From Podospora anserina (lineage: Eukaryota), in contig CM030332.1 in the NCBI GenBank assembly GCA_017654855.1, positions 2,418,001 to 2,482,000 on the forward strand: a DNA stretch of 64,000 bases. Reading direction: 5' to 3'. Position numbers and translations under genes: made by a program. How positions within the stretch are numbered: position 1 is the first letter of the stretch; every line of letters begins with the position of its first letter. The notes below the pieces were generated by a model. The model had not been told where the DNA came from, did not search any database, and saw only the letters and a program-made list of their open reading frames with translations. Below, one piece after another: positions 49,191-60,414 of this stretch.

Positions 49191-52100
49191 GATGTCTCGT
49201 TTTTGGGGGGTTTTCGGTCTGTCGCTGCCGAAGTCTCGGAAAGGAAGGGGGGACGCAAGGGCGGGATCGCGCGGAGTTTACTTATTTGTATATGTCTCTG
49301 GTAAAACCGGTGGCGTATGTGGTAGGTATTAAGTAGCTGTCTTTTGAAGCAAAATCGAGATACTATATGTGCCGTCTTTCGTTCGCGAAAATGGAGAGCA
49401 ACCTGGACAACCTGGAAAGTCTGAGTGCGCTGTTGAAAAATTTCGTGCGTGTTTGGGTCGGAGCTCCCGAATGACGCAGAGAACAGGGAGTTGGTGTGTT
49501 CGAGAAATTCGGGAGAAGGCAAACAGTCAGGGGTTTGTGTGGGAGGAAGGATTATTGGTGGTCAAGTGAACACCCAGAGAAAGCAAATGGGAGAAGAGAG
49601 AGGGGGGGGGGGTGTTTGAGGGGGTTGAGGGGATGATGCCCAGGATATCAACCTCTACTTGTCGTTCGTTTCGCTCCACTGTTGCCGCGAAAACCGAAAA
49701 AGGAATGCAAGCACCTGCACGACGGCGTGTGTGTTGCTGTGAGCCCAAGACTTTCTCCTTTGAGGTGCAGTTGATAGACTGGGTCCCGGGGTTGGTTCTC
49801 TCCACTGTTTCTTCCTGGTGACGGCTTTTCTGGGGCTTCAGGGCGTTTGAAGCAGGTTTTGAGTAAATATCGACCCCGTTTCCCTATTGCAGGCTTATTA
49901 ATAGCTCGAGGTTGACAACAAAATGTGTGAAGGGAGAGCCGCCGATTCGAACGGATTGCCAAGCAGGGAAGCCCACTGTTGGATTTGATTGACTGGGGCT
50001 GCGGTGGGTGGAGTTCTTATGCAAACCGCAGATGGTCAGGAGACTGATATTACTTCGTAGGTATTGCCCGAATTATAGCGGAAGGGAAGAAGGATAGCTG
50101 CGGTGTGGGTGATGGGGATCTGATATTGCGACCTTCTTCAAGTCACCAAGCATGGATGGATGGTACCCGTACGACCTGTCAAGAATTGGGTCGTCTTGTC
50201 TCGTCTTGTTCATCCGAGCTCTGACCTGCTGTCAGTCTGCAGGCCCGGGACGGTGTCTCTCCTTTCGGCCGCACGGGGTCCCCGGTGGACCTAGCTTGGC
50301 TTCAGCTGCTCCCGCCTCCTTCCCATCCCATCATCAACTCTCTGTTGAATCTTATTATTATTGCCTCGCTCGGTCCCAACGATTCTGCAAAAAAAAAGTT
50401 GCAACGCTGTGTTCAGAAACAGATGCCATCAGGGGTCGCACAGCATCAACAAGAGACACGCCGGCACCGCCAACCCGAAACATAGGGCACACTACGTCCC
50501 ACAGCCAACGCCCTGCCCCGCTTGATCATGGATGAGTCTCTCAGAAACTATCAGTCCTCACACGCAGCATCACGCACGAGACACAGCGTATCGCGCGGTT
50601 ACCACGTCCGGCAAAAGGATCACCCAGAGAATGCAGCTTTGGGAGGTCTGTGCGGTTGCAGTTTTCGATTCCTGTCTATTTCTGCACCTCTGCATCTCTG
50701 GGTTAAAGATCGGCTTGGCCCTCCCAACCATCCCCCTTTTCGAGCCACACTGCTGGCCCCTTTACGATAAAAGCTGTCATGACTTTCTTCTTTCCAGCAG
50801 GTCACAAATCCATGATCGGTTGGGTCGCTGCACCGCGCCGTACACGGTATATCAATCGTCTCGCCGCCTCGGGCCGTCGGGGTTCATCCTAGAGGTCAGA
50901 TGTTGCTGGAATATCCCGCTGAAATCTCAGCGGCAGCAGCCAGGAACAAGGTGGTGACGGCACACTCCGCCAAGGAGAATCCCTTCCCGCTCAGGGGCAA
51001 ACACCTCCCAGTGATCCCACCTCCTGCATTAGGCGCTACTGATTCCTTCTGGAAGCCTTCCTCTATGGGCCAGCTTTGGGTTGCATGGCGTCTCCCATTG
51101 AAACAGAGTCTGAGTCAAGGTGCACTTTGGCAAAAAAGACACAACAACGGTTCGAGGTTTTACGAGCATCATGAAGTCGTGGGTGCTGACAATCACCAAA
51201 ACTGCCATCTGATACTCTTTGCAATTCTGGGTTCCGTGATTCAGGGGCATCCCGAGCAAGGCTCTCGGTCTTGCTGCCAAAATTCCCAAGCCCGAGCTGA
51301 TACAACAACAGATTACCGACCCGATATCCCGTGTACATCACGAGGCTTGTCAACCCAAAAAACACGACTGGCATTTTCACTAAACAGGGGACTTGAGCAA
51401 ACTCCTGGTCAGTGCGTTTGATGATTTGCCAGGCATGTCAGGCCAAGGTGCAACCCTCCGGCCGAGGCGACGGATACACCGGGATATTCTCATCAGCAGC
51501 AGCAGTGTACTGTGTCACGCTGGCGGGTGTCTTACTCAGTCACCTTACCTCGCTGATGATTACTATAGAGTTGCCTCACCGCAATTGTGGCCAATCTCTT
51601 AAAAGCCAGATTGGGACATGCTCGTCCCATTGTCATCAAGTCTAGAACTTTGAAAATGTCAGCTTTCGGAGATACTAAAGCTCAAGATAATGGCCCCCAA
51701 AGTCTTCTAGAGTTGGTATTTGCCGTCATAAGCGAGGAAAGCTGTGGTGTCACACTTCGCCTGCCGGCACTCGTTCCTCCGAGTAAAAAGCAATAGACGG
51801 GGAGCAGACAACCAACGTTCATCATGGTGGCATCATGTTTCGTTAGTCAGTTGTTCATGACAAAGTCGGTGAGGATTACTAGTCCTGACAACCTCAAGAA
51901 AGGACTGCTCCTTCGGCGTTCGGGGAATCTCAAAATACATGCTACAGAGTAGAGCCGACGACGACAACTTCAGCTCACCGGAAGGACCCCCGATGTGGCA
52001 TGCAAAGCGCGGCTGCTTCCGTTCAGTCGGTTCCCACCAACCTGGAACGAGTCCTGCAGATGTCGGTACCAGAGTCCAGATCGTCCTGGACCACCTGAAA

Positions 52101-52278
52101 AAAGCGTCGAGATCTTGAAAGTCCCTGGAGAGTCCCAGCCTCCCACCTCGTGCAGTTGAAGAAAAAACCAGGGCCGCCGATCCGTGTCATATGCAGGTAC
52201 CTTCCACGTGCGGTTAAAAACGTTCGGTCCTCGCCTTCGCTTGGATATCGTTGTTGAGTAAAAAGTGTCAAAAGTGAT

Positions 52279-52377
52279 TGCAGACAGTGGGGTTCGAACC
52301 CACGCATCTCTCGATAATGGTGATAAAAGTTATATGTAACTTAAAACCATCGCCTTAGACCACTCGGCCATGTCTGC
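52279..52377 (-). tRNA. tRNA-Leu(UAA), intron-containing
   Basis: Reverse complement folds as GCAGACA-TG-GCCGAGTGGTCTAAGGC-G-ATGGT-TT-TAA-G-[about 17-nt intron TTACATATAACTTTTAT]-C-ACCAT-long variable arm-GTGGG-TTCGAAC-CCCAC-TGTCTGC-A. T-runs follow. Confidence 0.93.
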
Positions 52378-53013
52378 TTTCATGACAGGTTTGCATACTG
52401 ATGTTGCTTTTGGGTCCATATCAAACCTCCTGGAAGGAGTGTTGTTGTTGCGAAGTCCAAGTAGAGCTAATCCCATACCGGCAATGACGGGGTGGCCAGA
52501 CCCAAAGGGATTCCAATACCGGGGTAAGGGAAGGCCTGAAATAGGAACAGCTAATCTCCCCCACAGGGTCTCTTTGACCTTACCAGGTGACGCAATACTA
52601 GATCTCTTCGGCATACCCAAAACGGTTAACGGTAACGGCAGCGAGGTTCTCGGCCTTGGTGTCGGCGGCCCGCCTGCTGCTGCTCCTCCTCCAGCTCGGC
52701 GCCATGTGAAATCATCACGGCCCTTTTTATTTTCCCAGCTGAAGCATCATTGTCTCGGGCCACCCGGAAACTAAACTGACACCTGCCCAAGACACCGGTT
52801 CAGCCTCTCCCACTATGGGGAAATGGCTTCAAGACCCCCGGGGTAATAAAACGATATATGATGTCAACAGCTTTGTCTTTGTTTTTTAAAAATGAATAAA
52901 AAAAAGATGTCAAACCTCGATGTCGCTAATTCAAAGACAACGAACCAAATCTACATGAGCGCCCGCCTCCTCATTACCACTTCATCGCATCACGACACAT
53001 CTTCCCCCTGGTT

Positions 53014-53990
53014 CTATCTCCGCATACTCCCAATCAGCTCCCTCTGTGTCTCCCTGTCCTTCTGCCCTTGGCTCAAGCTGCCAATGCTTCTCAGATCACC
53101 CACCACATCCTTCGCCTTGCCAAAGTAGACCTCCTGCAGCAGGTTCCTCATCTTGAGCTCCATGTCCTCGACAAGGCGGCCAATGTTGGCAATGTGGCTC
53201 TCGTCGCTGTCAACTGGGAGGTCCTGCTCCACCTGGCGCGTCATGTTGCCGGACAAGTCAACTTCGCCGAGGGAGGCGCCCTTGGTAGCAAGGGTAAGGA
53301 TGACGGTGGAGGTGAGGCGGTAGTTGGAGGTGCGACCGCGCTCAGAGGCTTCAAAGACGTGGATCGAGTCCCAGACACCCGAGGTGGTAGCGTCGCCTTG
53401 TGGGGAGGCTGTTTATCACCTATTAGCACATGTTTTGTATTACACACTCCATTGTAGAAAAAGAATCGCATACCCTTCTTCAACAACACCACACCAGCAA
53501 ACCCATCATCCAAGTTCCAGAAATAAACCGAGCTCACCCCCCCCTCGTAGTACAGCTCTCTGTAGACATCAAACGCCTCGTTGGCCTTGATTTCCATTTT
53601 TCTTACACGCTCGCCTGGAACGGCACCCTCGCCGGCGCCTTCATTGCTGCCTCCTGCGCCAACGCCGCCAGCGCCGGCTTCGTCGAGGGGGGGGTCGAAC
53701 TGGTTGGACCAGGGGGAGCGGTAAGAGTCGCCGTCACGGTTGTAATCGCAGAGGAGGTAGTCACGGCCGGTTTGCTTGCAGCGCTGGACGGTGAGCGGCT
53801 GGTCGACAGAGGAGAGGAGCTCTTCGGCGAGGTCGGGGTGGAGGGAGATGATGTTGGAGAGGTGGTCACCGGTGTGTTTTGGGTTGAGGCGGCGGAGGAG
53901 GTCCCTGTTTGTTGCTGTTCAGTATCGGGATGAGCTAGGTGGGAGGGGGCAAACCTACAGTGCACAGTCGAAGGGGTCTTGGGAAGCCAT
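53014..53990 (-). CDS. CAP2: F-actin capping protein beta subunit
   Basis: '[11 protein letters not shown]' / intron / 'DLLRRLNPK...[19 protein letters not shown]', '[12 protein letters not shown]', 'WDSIHVFE', '[14 protein letters not shown]...EVYFGK'. Confidence 0.95.
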
Positions 53991-54409
53991 TGTGACGAAT
54001 GGTTTTCTTTGGTTTGATTATCAGCTGTAGCTTGTAGGTGACCTTTGGGTAGTTCAACGTCCAGCGGGGTCGGGTCGGAGGTGAGCTCTCCCCAGACACA
54101 CGGCGGCGGCGGCCTGAAAGCCGTTGTGGAGAAACCGATGGCGGGGTTTGGGCTGTCAAGGGTGGGCTCGTGCGCTGCTCCAGCGTTTCGGACAAGGGTC
54201 CCCTAATGGCCTGCCGGGCTGCACGTCAACGTCAACAATCTTGGGTTCTTGAACATTCTTATCAAAATCAAGGGATGGTCTTGATGCTCAGGAATTGGCA
54301 TCATGGCTTCTCAAAATCTGCCCTCAGAGGGTGCAGTGGTGAGGAAAAATGAGAAGGCATCAGGTCCCGGCCTTGATTCTAACGGTCCAGGTTTGAAGTT
54401 GCTGGGTGA

Positions 54410-56149
54410 GTGAATGAGTTCAGGTCAACTAACAAGATCATAGACACCATCCTCTCAGCTTCCATACCAGCCCTCATTCTCGTCCATCTCATAATGGCTC
54501 CTTACACCAAAGTTGAGGAATCATTCAACATTCAAGCCACACACGATGTGCTTGTCTACGGAACCCCCAGTTCAAACATCCACAGCAGGCTGTCCCACAC
54601 CTACGATCACTTCACATTCCCTGGTGCTGTTCCACGAACCTTTGTCGGCTCAGTGTTGTTGGCCGGTATATCACAACCCATCATTCTCATTCTAGGCTTC
54701 CAGCATGCACAGATCATCATTCGTGCCTTGCTTGGTCTATTCAATGCCTTCAGCTTACACATCTTCACCCGCAACCTTCGCCAAGCCTACGGCCCTGCTG
54801 CAGCAAGATGGTATCTCCTCCTCCAAGCCAGCCAGTTCCACGTCTTATTCTATGCCTCACGCACTCTCCCGAATATGTTCGCCTTTGGCCTCACCACCCT
54901 GGCCAGTTCTTACCTGTTACCAAACCCCAAGAACATCAAATCGACACCCCGTCGCCAACGTCTAGCGATAACAATGTTCGTCTTCGCGGCAGTCATCTTC
55001 CGCTCTGAAGTTGCCCTGCTCCTTGCTACCAACCTCCTTTACCTCGTCTTGCTGCCTGCCATCTCCATCGAACAAATCATCTTCCCCTTTGCGGCATCGT
55101 TCGCCATTGCTTTGGCAAGCTCAGTCCCAATCGACAGCTATTTTTGGCAAAAGCCCATATGGCCGGAACTATGGGGCTTTTACTACAACGTCGTCGGGGG
55201 CAACTCCTCAAACTGGGGGACGTCACCATGGTATTACTACTTTGTCTCGGCTCTACCAAGACTACTCGTCAACCCACTTTCTTGCACAGTTCTCATCCCT
55301 TATTCGCTATATCACCCTGCCTTGGCGCCCGCAGCGAAGAAACTTGTCATTCCGTCATTACTCTTCGTCGCCATTTACTCGCTCCAGCCCCACAAAGAAG
55401 CGAGGTTCATCTTCTACGTCGTCCCCTCCCTCACAGCAGCCGCTGCCCTCGGCGCTGCTACTCTCTCCCGGAAATCGCAAGTCCTCACCCTTATTCTCTT
55501 CGCCTCAGTGCTCGCATCATTCGCCATCTCAACTGGGATGTTGCTCATCTCATCACTCAACTACCCCGGCGGCGAAGCCCTTTCGTACCTCGCCACCTCC
55601 CTGGCTGAATCACCATCCACCAGCTCAGGGGAGGTAGTCCCCATTCACGCAGATGTCCTCTCCTGCATGACGGGTGTCACCCTCTTCGGGTCTTCCTCCG
55701 CGGCGGGATCGGCGTTTCCAAAGCTGGAGCCGGATGGGGGGTTGATCTTTCATGAGAAGGGCAGCCGGGGTAAGGGGGTTGTTATCAAGGTTGATAAGAC
55801 GGAGGATGAAGGCGATCTAGTGCAGGAGGAGTTTTGGAGGGGGTTTAGGTATGTTTTGACGGAGGATCCTGACAAGGTGAAGGAGAGGAGTAAGGGGGTT
55901 GAGTGGGAGACTGTTGGGGTTGTGAGGGGGTTCGGGGGGGTGGAGGTGTTGAGGCCGGGTCAGGAGGGGCAAAGGGGGAATGTAGGAGAGGTGGTAGGGA
56001 AGGGGAGGGTGGTGGAGGCGGTGAGGGATAAGGTGAGAGGGTTGACGGGCGGTTGGTGGGTTGGGCCGGGGATGGTGGATAGGATTTGGATTTTGAGACG
56101 GGGGAGGGGTGGGAAGGCGGGGTGGAAGGTACGGGAGGAGAGTTCATAA
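54410..56149 (+). CDS. ALG12: Dol-P-Man alpha-1,6-mannosyltransferase Alg12 (GT22)
   Basis: 'APYTKVEESFNIQA.HD', 'YDHFTFPGAVPRTFVG', 'FYASRTLPN', 'FRSE', 'QPHKE.RFI.Y', 'SSLNYPGGEAL'. The true start is probably in a short upstream exon (about 54303-54350) spliced to the acceptor near 54442. Confidence 0.9.
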   Translation: MNEFRSTNKIIDTILSASIPALILVHLIMAPYTKVEESFNIQATHDVLVYGTPSSNIHSRLSHTYDHFTFPGAVPRTFVGSVLLAGISQPIILILGFQHAQIIIRALLGLFNAFSLHIFTRNLRQAYGPAAARWYLLLQASQFHVLFYASRTLPNMFAFGLTTLASSYLLPNPKNIKSTPRRQRLAITMFVFAAVIFRSEVALLLATNLLYLVLLPAISIEQIIFPFAASFAIALASSVPIDSYFWQKPIWPELWGFYYNVVGGNSSNWGTSPWYYYFVSALPRLLVNPLSCTVLIPYSLYHPALAPAAKKLVIPSLLFVAIYSLQPHKEARFIFYVVPSLTAAAALGAATLSRKSQVLTLILFASVLASFAISTGMLLISSLNYPGGEALSYLATSLAESPSTSSGEVVPIHADVLSCMTGVTLFGSSSAAGSAFPKLEPDGGLIFHEKGSRGKGVVIKVDKTEDEGDLVQEEFWRGFRYVLTEDPDKVKERSKGVEWETVGVVRGFGGVEVLRPGQEGQRGNVGEVVGKGRVVEAVRDKVRGLTGGWWVGPGMVDRIWILRRGRGGKAGWKVREESS

Positions 56150-56465
56150 GTTAGGGGGTGTATGTTGTCTGATAAATGATGGTTTCGTCTATCAAAGGTA
56201 CTCGAATACAAGACGTCTGTTTTTTAACTTTTGCTGGCCCCTAACCAGCAGTACCAGCCCTCGAAAGAGGCGCTATTTACTTCGCCGACAACAAGTAATT
56301 GAAGTCAAGGTTATTACACCAAGTCCCCGGCTGCTCTGACTCTCTTTCCGACGCGGCTTTGAGTTTGTACGCGTTGGCTTCAAGCTAAGCAAGCCACTAG
56401 ATTACCTTGTTCCTGCTTGGGGCTGTGCAGCTGGCTTATAAGGTTCGATTTCAGACTGGGCTTTT

Positions 56466-56531
56466 GGCGAAGTAGTGGACTCAATGAAGCTCGTTGGATG
56501 AACTCACCTTGCCCATGTATGGGCCTTCGCT
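56466..56531 (+). ncRNA. Putative terminal-stem small RNA, unit 1 (66 nt, degenerate)
   Basis: GGCGAAG-TAGT ... hairpin GCCCA/TGGGC (56511-56524) - CTTCGCT, then TCTAATTTT. Confidence 0.45.
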
Positions 56532-56979
56532 TCTAATTTTGTCGATCCTGAGGAGAGGATCTCCGAAGAGAACATTCCATATTTTTTTCCTTCATTCTCA
56601 CTCAACACTGAATTGGCCATGCCTGGATGCAGTGAAAGAGAAGAGAGGGTGTGACCTTTGTAGGCGGGTGGTGCAGTTAGAAGCCTGTAAGTCAAGCTGT
56701 GGAAGGCATATGTTCAATCCTGCGGAATGGGAAAAGAATGTTCTTTTTGCATCTTTTTGAAACAGATATCATCTGTGATATAGGAACTCGAGAAAGAGGC
56801 CCATGCTAATCAAAAAAGCTTGACTGGGGAAATAATAGCCAAACAACTCGGCCTTTGATAGATCAACTTCGAGATGTGACACGTGATTAGTTTTGACAGC
56901 TGTGACCAGGCCCGATGGGGCTACTTTAACTTTTGGCAGGCTAGAGGGTATATAAGATCCTTTTCCGAGAGTTTCTTTC

Positions 56980-57080
56980 AGCGAAGTAGCTGGTATTACA
57001 ACTTCGAGCTCACCACTCGACCCAGCAAACCGGCCCTGGCAACAGAGCCACCCACGCACTTGGATAATTGTGCCTTCGCT
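56980..57080 (+). ncRNA. Putative terminal-stem small RNA, unit 2 (101 nt)
   Basis: AGCGAAG-TAGCTGG ... GCAC/GTGC hairpin (57056-57073) - CTTCGCT-TTT. Upstream GGGTATATAA-N6-TTTCCG-N11. Confidence 0.6.
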
Positions 57081-57441
57081 TTTGCATTTTTCATCACGAC
57101 ATCCCCAAAGGTCTCTCGGACTGCACGGCATGGGTGGGGGCGAGGCAGTTAAGGGGTTGGATAGCTAGTACTTTTCTGTAACTTTGGCGTGAATGGCTGC
57201 GTGGCAGGCAATACCTAAATCGGGAGCAATTTGAACGTTGTGCTTTCGAATCCAGGAGCGGCGGCCTTGCGGATCGCCTCAGCCCGAACCTCGTACAGAC
57301 CTACAGAGCCGATTCTCCAGGGCCCCTTTTTCCATATTTTTGGCATGTGCAGAAGATGGGAGACAGGTGCGAAGGGCTGCTTAAAACTGCCTTACGTCTA
57401 TCTGGCTTGGATAATTGACACATAGTTTCAGGAAAGTTGTC

Positions 57442-57664
57442 AGCGAAGTAAGGTAGCTAATTCACTTGATTATTTGACAATTAACTTTCTTGCCCGGATA
57501 TGGGTCTGCTCTTTTATTTTTGGAGACATATATGACTTCCCTTTTCTTCCAGTTTTGGATTATCCAAACACCGTCAATGCACTCGTTTGTTCGGGAAGAT
57601 GTCTGTCGGTAATATTGGCTGGTAGGTGGTGTAAGCTCCTGCGCATCCGAACTTCACTCTCGCT
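57442..57664 (+). ncRNA. Putative terminal-stem small RNA, unit 3 (long/degenerate, about 223 nt)
   Basis: AGCGAAG-TAAGGTAGC. The best 3' partner is CTCGCTTTT at 57659, preceded by a GTTCGG/CCGAAC stem. Confidence 0.35.
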
Positions 57665-58004
57665 TTTGCTTCCTAGCTTACCTCTAACCCTCTCTTTTTT
57701 TGCCCTCTTGCACAACGTGGAGAGTGGAGACCGGGAACAGCACACCTCACCACAACCATCTTCATGTAAACAAGATGTCCAGTGCATACATCTGTATTTG
57801 AAGCAAACTTTCGAAACGGCTCGAGTTCAAATGTCTCTTTTTGCCTGTTTTCTCTTTTTTCATTGGCTGTGAATCCCAAACCTTTGGAGCACAAGAGCCG
57901 CTAGGGAATCCGTCCTCATTTTCACAGGAGGGACACTTACTGCACCACCACAACAGGCTGCAATTGAGTCGGCTATATCATCTTATTTTCTGTTGAGGCT
58001 AAAC

Positions 58005-58127
58005 AGCGAAGTAGCTGGTATCAAATTGAGTATATCATACTGCAACATATATATCCTCGGATCACCACTGAGGGCTTCGGTTCTCGCCAGACATCTACCT
58101 GTTTGCAAGTAGATGATCTCCTTCGCT
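58005..58127 (+). ncRNA. Putative terminal-stem small RNA, unit 4 (123 nt)
   Basis: AGCGAAG-TAGCTGG ... AGACATCTAC/GTAGATGATCT hairpin (58089-58119) - C-CTTCGCT-TTT. Confidence 0.6.
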
Positions 58128-58340
58128 TTTGCCATGGCAACCGAGCCAAGGGGAGAACTTCGCATCTTTTTGGATGTCAACTCTCATCGTCCTGCGTCTT
58201 TTCCCTTTTTTGTCCTTTGAGGTTGCGTGGGAGGGCTAACATGAGGAGAGAGATGTCCTCAATTTCATACCAAGACCCCACCACCACCACCACCACTTGG
58301 GGACTTTGGGCTATGAACTTTGTTTCCGTCAGAGGCTTTC

Positions 58341-58432
58341 AGCGAAGTAGCGTCCAAATACTATCATTCGAGTTTTCGAACAATCTGTGAGGTCTGGGGG
58401 TTCAAGAATACCTCGAGGTATTCGCCTTCGCT
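58341..58432 (+). ncRNA. Putative terminal-stem small RNA, unit 5 (92 nt)
   Basis: AGCGAAG-TAGC ... GAATACC-TCGA-GGTATTC (58406-58423) - GC-CTTCGCT-TTTATTTT. Confidence 0.6.
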
Positions 58433-58749
58433 TTTATTTTGTCTTGCCCACAAATCCAGAGGCTGGCCACCTCAAGGGCTAGCAGGGGCAGTAATCGATA
58501 CTTAGATCAAAACACTATTTTTGACCTCTTAACGCAAGTGGATGTGTGCATACTTTATTTTGAAACGTCGTGTGTTCGAATCTCTGTCTTCTCAGTTGCA
58601 TTTTTCTTCTTGTCCAGGGTGTGACCAAGTAATCGTTTTTAGTGTTGAAAGATGTCCTCAATCTGTGCCGAGACCAACAGCTATTTACACCACCTACCTA
58701 GGCACACACCAGCACTAGGGATATCATCAGTGTTTCCGACACAATCATC

Positions 58750-58866
58750 AGCGAAGTAGCCTAAACATGCCATCTTATGATGAGTACTTGATTGCAACGG
58801 ATAACCACTGGGCCAGGTCACGGTCACTCTTAGACATCTACTTGTAGATATTCTAGGTCCTTCGCT
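58750..58866 (+). ncRNA. Putative terminal-stem small RNA, unit 6 (117 nt)
   Basis: AGCGAAG-TAGC ... TAGACATCTAC/GTAGATATTCTA hairpin (58831-58855) ... CTTCGCT-TTTT. Confidence 0.6.
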
Positions 58867-59142
58867 TTTTCGCAGTGTGCTCTCATTGTCGCTAGTGGCG
58901 AATGCTCGCAACTTTCCACTGCTTTTTAGCAACATATTTCCAGGCACCCTAACGCAGATGTCTGTATGCAAACTTGAAAATAAGACGTCCTGCGTTCGAG
59001 TCTTTCTTTTGCTTCTGCATTGTCTTTTGTGTGTTTAGGGGGGAAGATGTCCTCACTTTCTGCCAAGACCCCGCCACTTACACCCACTGGAAGAGCTATA
59101 TAGTGACCTAGGGATATCATCTTTGTTTCCGGAAGAGATATC

Positions 59143-59255
59143 AGCGAAGTAGCTGGAATAAACCACCTTTGGATGATCTACCATTATATCTACGGATAAC
59201 ACTGCGGGCCTGGGGGCATTAAAGGGACGTCTACGAGTAGACGTTCTCCTTTGCT
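59143..59255 (+). ncRNA. Putative terminal-stem small RNA, unit 7 (113 nt)
   Basis: AGCGAAG-TAGCTGG ... GGGACGTCTA-CGAG-TAGACGTTCT (59224-59247) - C-CTTTGCT (G-U wobble keeps pairing) - TTTT. Confidence 0.6.
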
Positions 59256-59559
59256 TTTTGCTTTGGGCTGAGATAACTCCCAGCAAGCCGGGATGACTAC
59301 TACTCTTGCCCTCACCCCTGGCTATGTAGGGATTCCGGTTAATTTAGCATACATGTATGCGTCTCGGTGAGAATATAAGACGTCTCTGTTCGAATGTCTG
59401 TTGCTGCGATTGTTTTTTCTTTTTTCCATACTAGAACTGCTTTTGGGGCTAAGAAAAGATGTCCTCAATCCTCGGTCTGGCTAGGTAGCCAAGGCCTGTG
59501 GAGTCTGAGAGCTGGGCAGGTAGGAAGGGATATCATCGACTTTTCCGGGCATGTCTTTC

Positions 59560-59644
59560 AGCGAAGTAGCTGGTATCAAACAAACTTATCAAGAACGTGA
59601 TGACAGTCTGGGTGGCTTAATGCCCCTAGGATGTCACCATCGCT
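59560..59644 (+). ncRNA. Putative terminal-stem small RNA, unit 8 (85 nt)
   Basis: AGCGAAG-TAGCTGG ... hairpin TGACA-GTCTGGG-TGGC/GCC-CCTAGGA-TGTCA (59601-59636) - C-CATCGCT-TTT. Confidence 0.6.
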
Positions 59645-59976
59645 TTTGCTTTTTATGTAGTTACTTTACAGGTAGACAGGATTACGCAAATCAGGGCTTC
59701 CGAGACGGACAGCTTCAAGTCAAACTTATCACAGAGGGTTCTTTTAAGTGGTTTAACCTAGTGGGCTGCGTCTGGATGTAAAGTTAGAGACGTTCTAGTT
59801 CGAGTGTGTCATGTTTCATCGATTTTCTCTTTTCATGATCAAGGTGTGCCTGGGGCGAACAAAAAGATGTCCTCAAGTCCACCTTTGGCTTAGCGGAGAT
59901 AAGGGGCATCAGATGGGTGGAAGTGAAGGGGGAAGAAGAAGAGGGTATATCACCTTGTTTTCTGAACTCAATTATC

Positions 59977-60073
59977 AGCGAAGTTAGCTGAATCCATACA
60001 TACCTTACCTGAAAAAGCGGCCTTGGGGGATTTTGACATCTTTAATGATGTGATTGCAGGTGTCACCTTCGCT
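59977..60073 (+). ncRNA. Putative terminal-stem small RNA, unit 9 (97 nt)
   Basis: AGCGAAG-TTAGCTG ... TGACATCT/AGGTGTCA stem (60034-60065) - C-CTTCGCT-TTCTTTTT. Confidence 0.6.
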
Positions 60074-60414
60074 TTCTTTTTCTTCTTGTCATCAGATGTT
60101 GGAAACAGGACAGGGAGTGGTCCCCCATCTTCCAGCAAGGCCATCTTGTGGACGAAGATTCAATACGAGGGTTGGCGCAAACATATGCATTTCCATCTAT
60201 TTTCAAGACGCCGTGAGTTCGAGTTTGCAATTTTCTTTTTTGATTCGCTATCATCAGATCTGGAGAAGGGTGTATGCGGTGGTGGAAAAAGCCGTCCTCA
60301 ATTCTTGGCTACCTGTAAAATCTTCTCGGACTGGACTAGCCTGGGGCTTTCACATGGAATATCGAGGGCGATAATATCTGCTTGAGATATGCAAATCTTC
60401 CATCATTATCCTCA

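Larger units (their letters stand above)
58530..60225 (+). promoter_or_regulatory. Repeated tRNA-type Pol III internal promoter pairs (A box / B box) in array spacers
   Basis: A-box-like / B-box pairs at 58530/58574, 58950/58994, 59345/59388, 59754/59798 and 60173/60217, also 62182/62225. Spacing is 43-44 nt, close to T8-to-G53 in an intronless tRNA. Confidence 0.6.

Noticed and set aside
49200-52270. 3-kb stretch with several 60-170 aa ORFs
   Set aside because: I saw no family motifs, coding-like bias, repeats or array motifs, so it is treated as intergenic/regulatory.
58718-58761. Hammerhead ribozyme core on the minus strand (CTGATGA...GAAAC)
   Set aside because: Only unit 6 has CUGAUGA; other units read CUGAAAG or CUGAUAU. 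No stem II forms between it and GAAA.
58650-59160. Box C/D snoRNAs on the minus strand (TGAGGA ... CTGA)
   Set aside because: The boxes would be about 300 nt apart without terminal stems. The oligo-T ends, A/B boxes and UUCG loops all point to the + strand.
58523-59810. Functional tRNA genes or ordinary SINE copies in the array spacers
   Set aside because: Acceptor and T stems do not pair. There are no target-site duplications or A-rich tails, and the copies are tandem. A remote tRNA or SINE ancestry is not excluded.
59866-59990. Hairpin-ribozyme resemblance (N-GUC in GATGTCC; GGTATATCACC similar to loop B)
   Set aside because: I could not find the AGAA/AGAAAC partner strands or helices 1-4. 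An in vitro self-cleavage test would settle it.
56440-60400. Array read as a decayed repeat-protein gene (minus-strand ORFs with 'YFAD', 'EDIF', 'KSEG')
   Set aside because: Gaps between motifs vary by non-multiples of three (N10 versus N11, N3 versus N4). Conservation covers all codon positions, frames are short, and the conserved words are mutually complementary.
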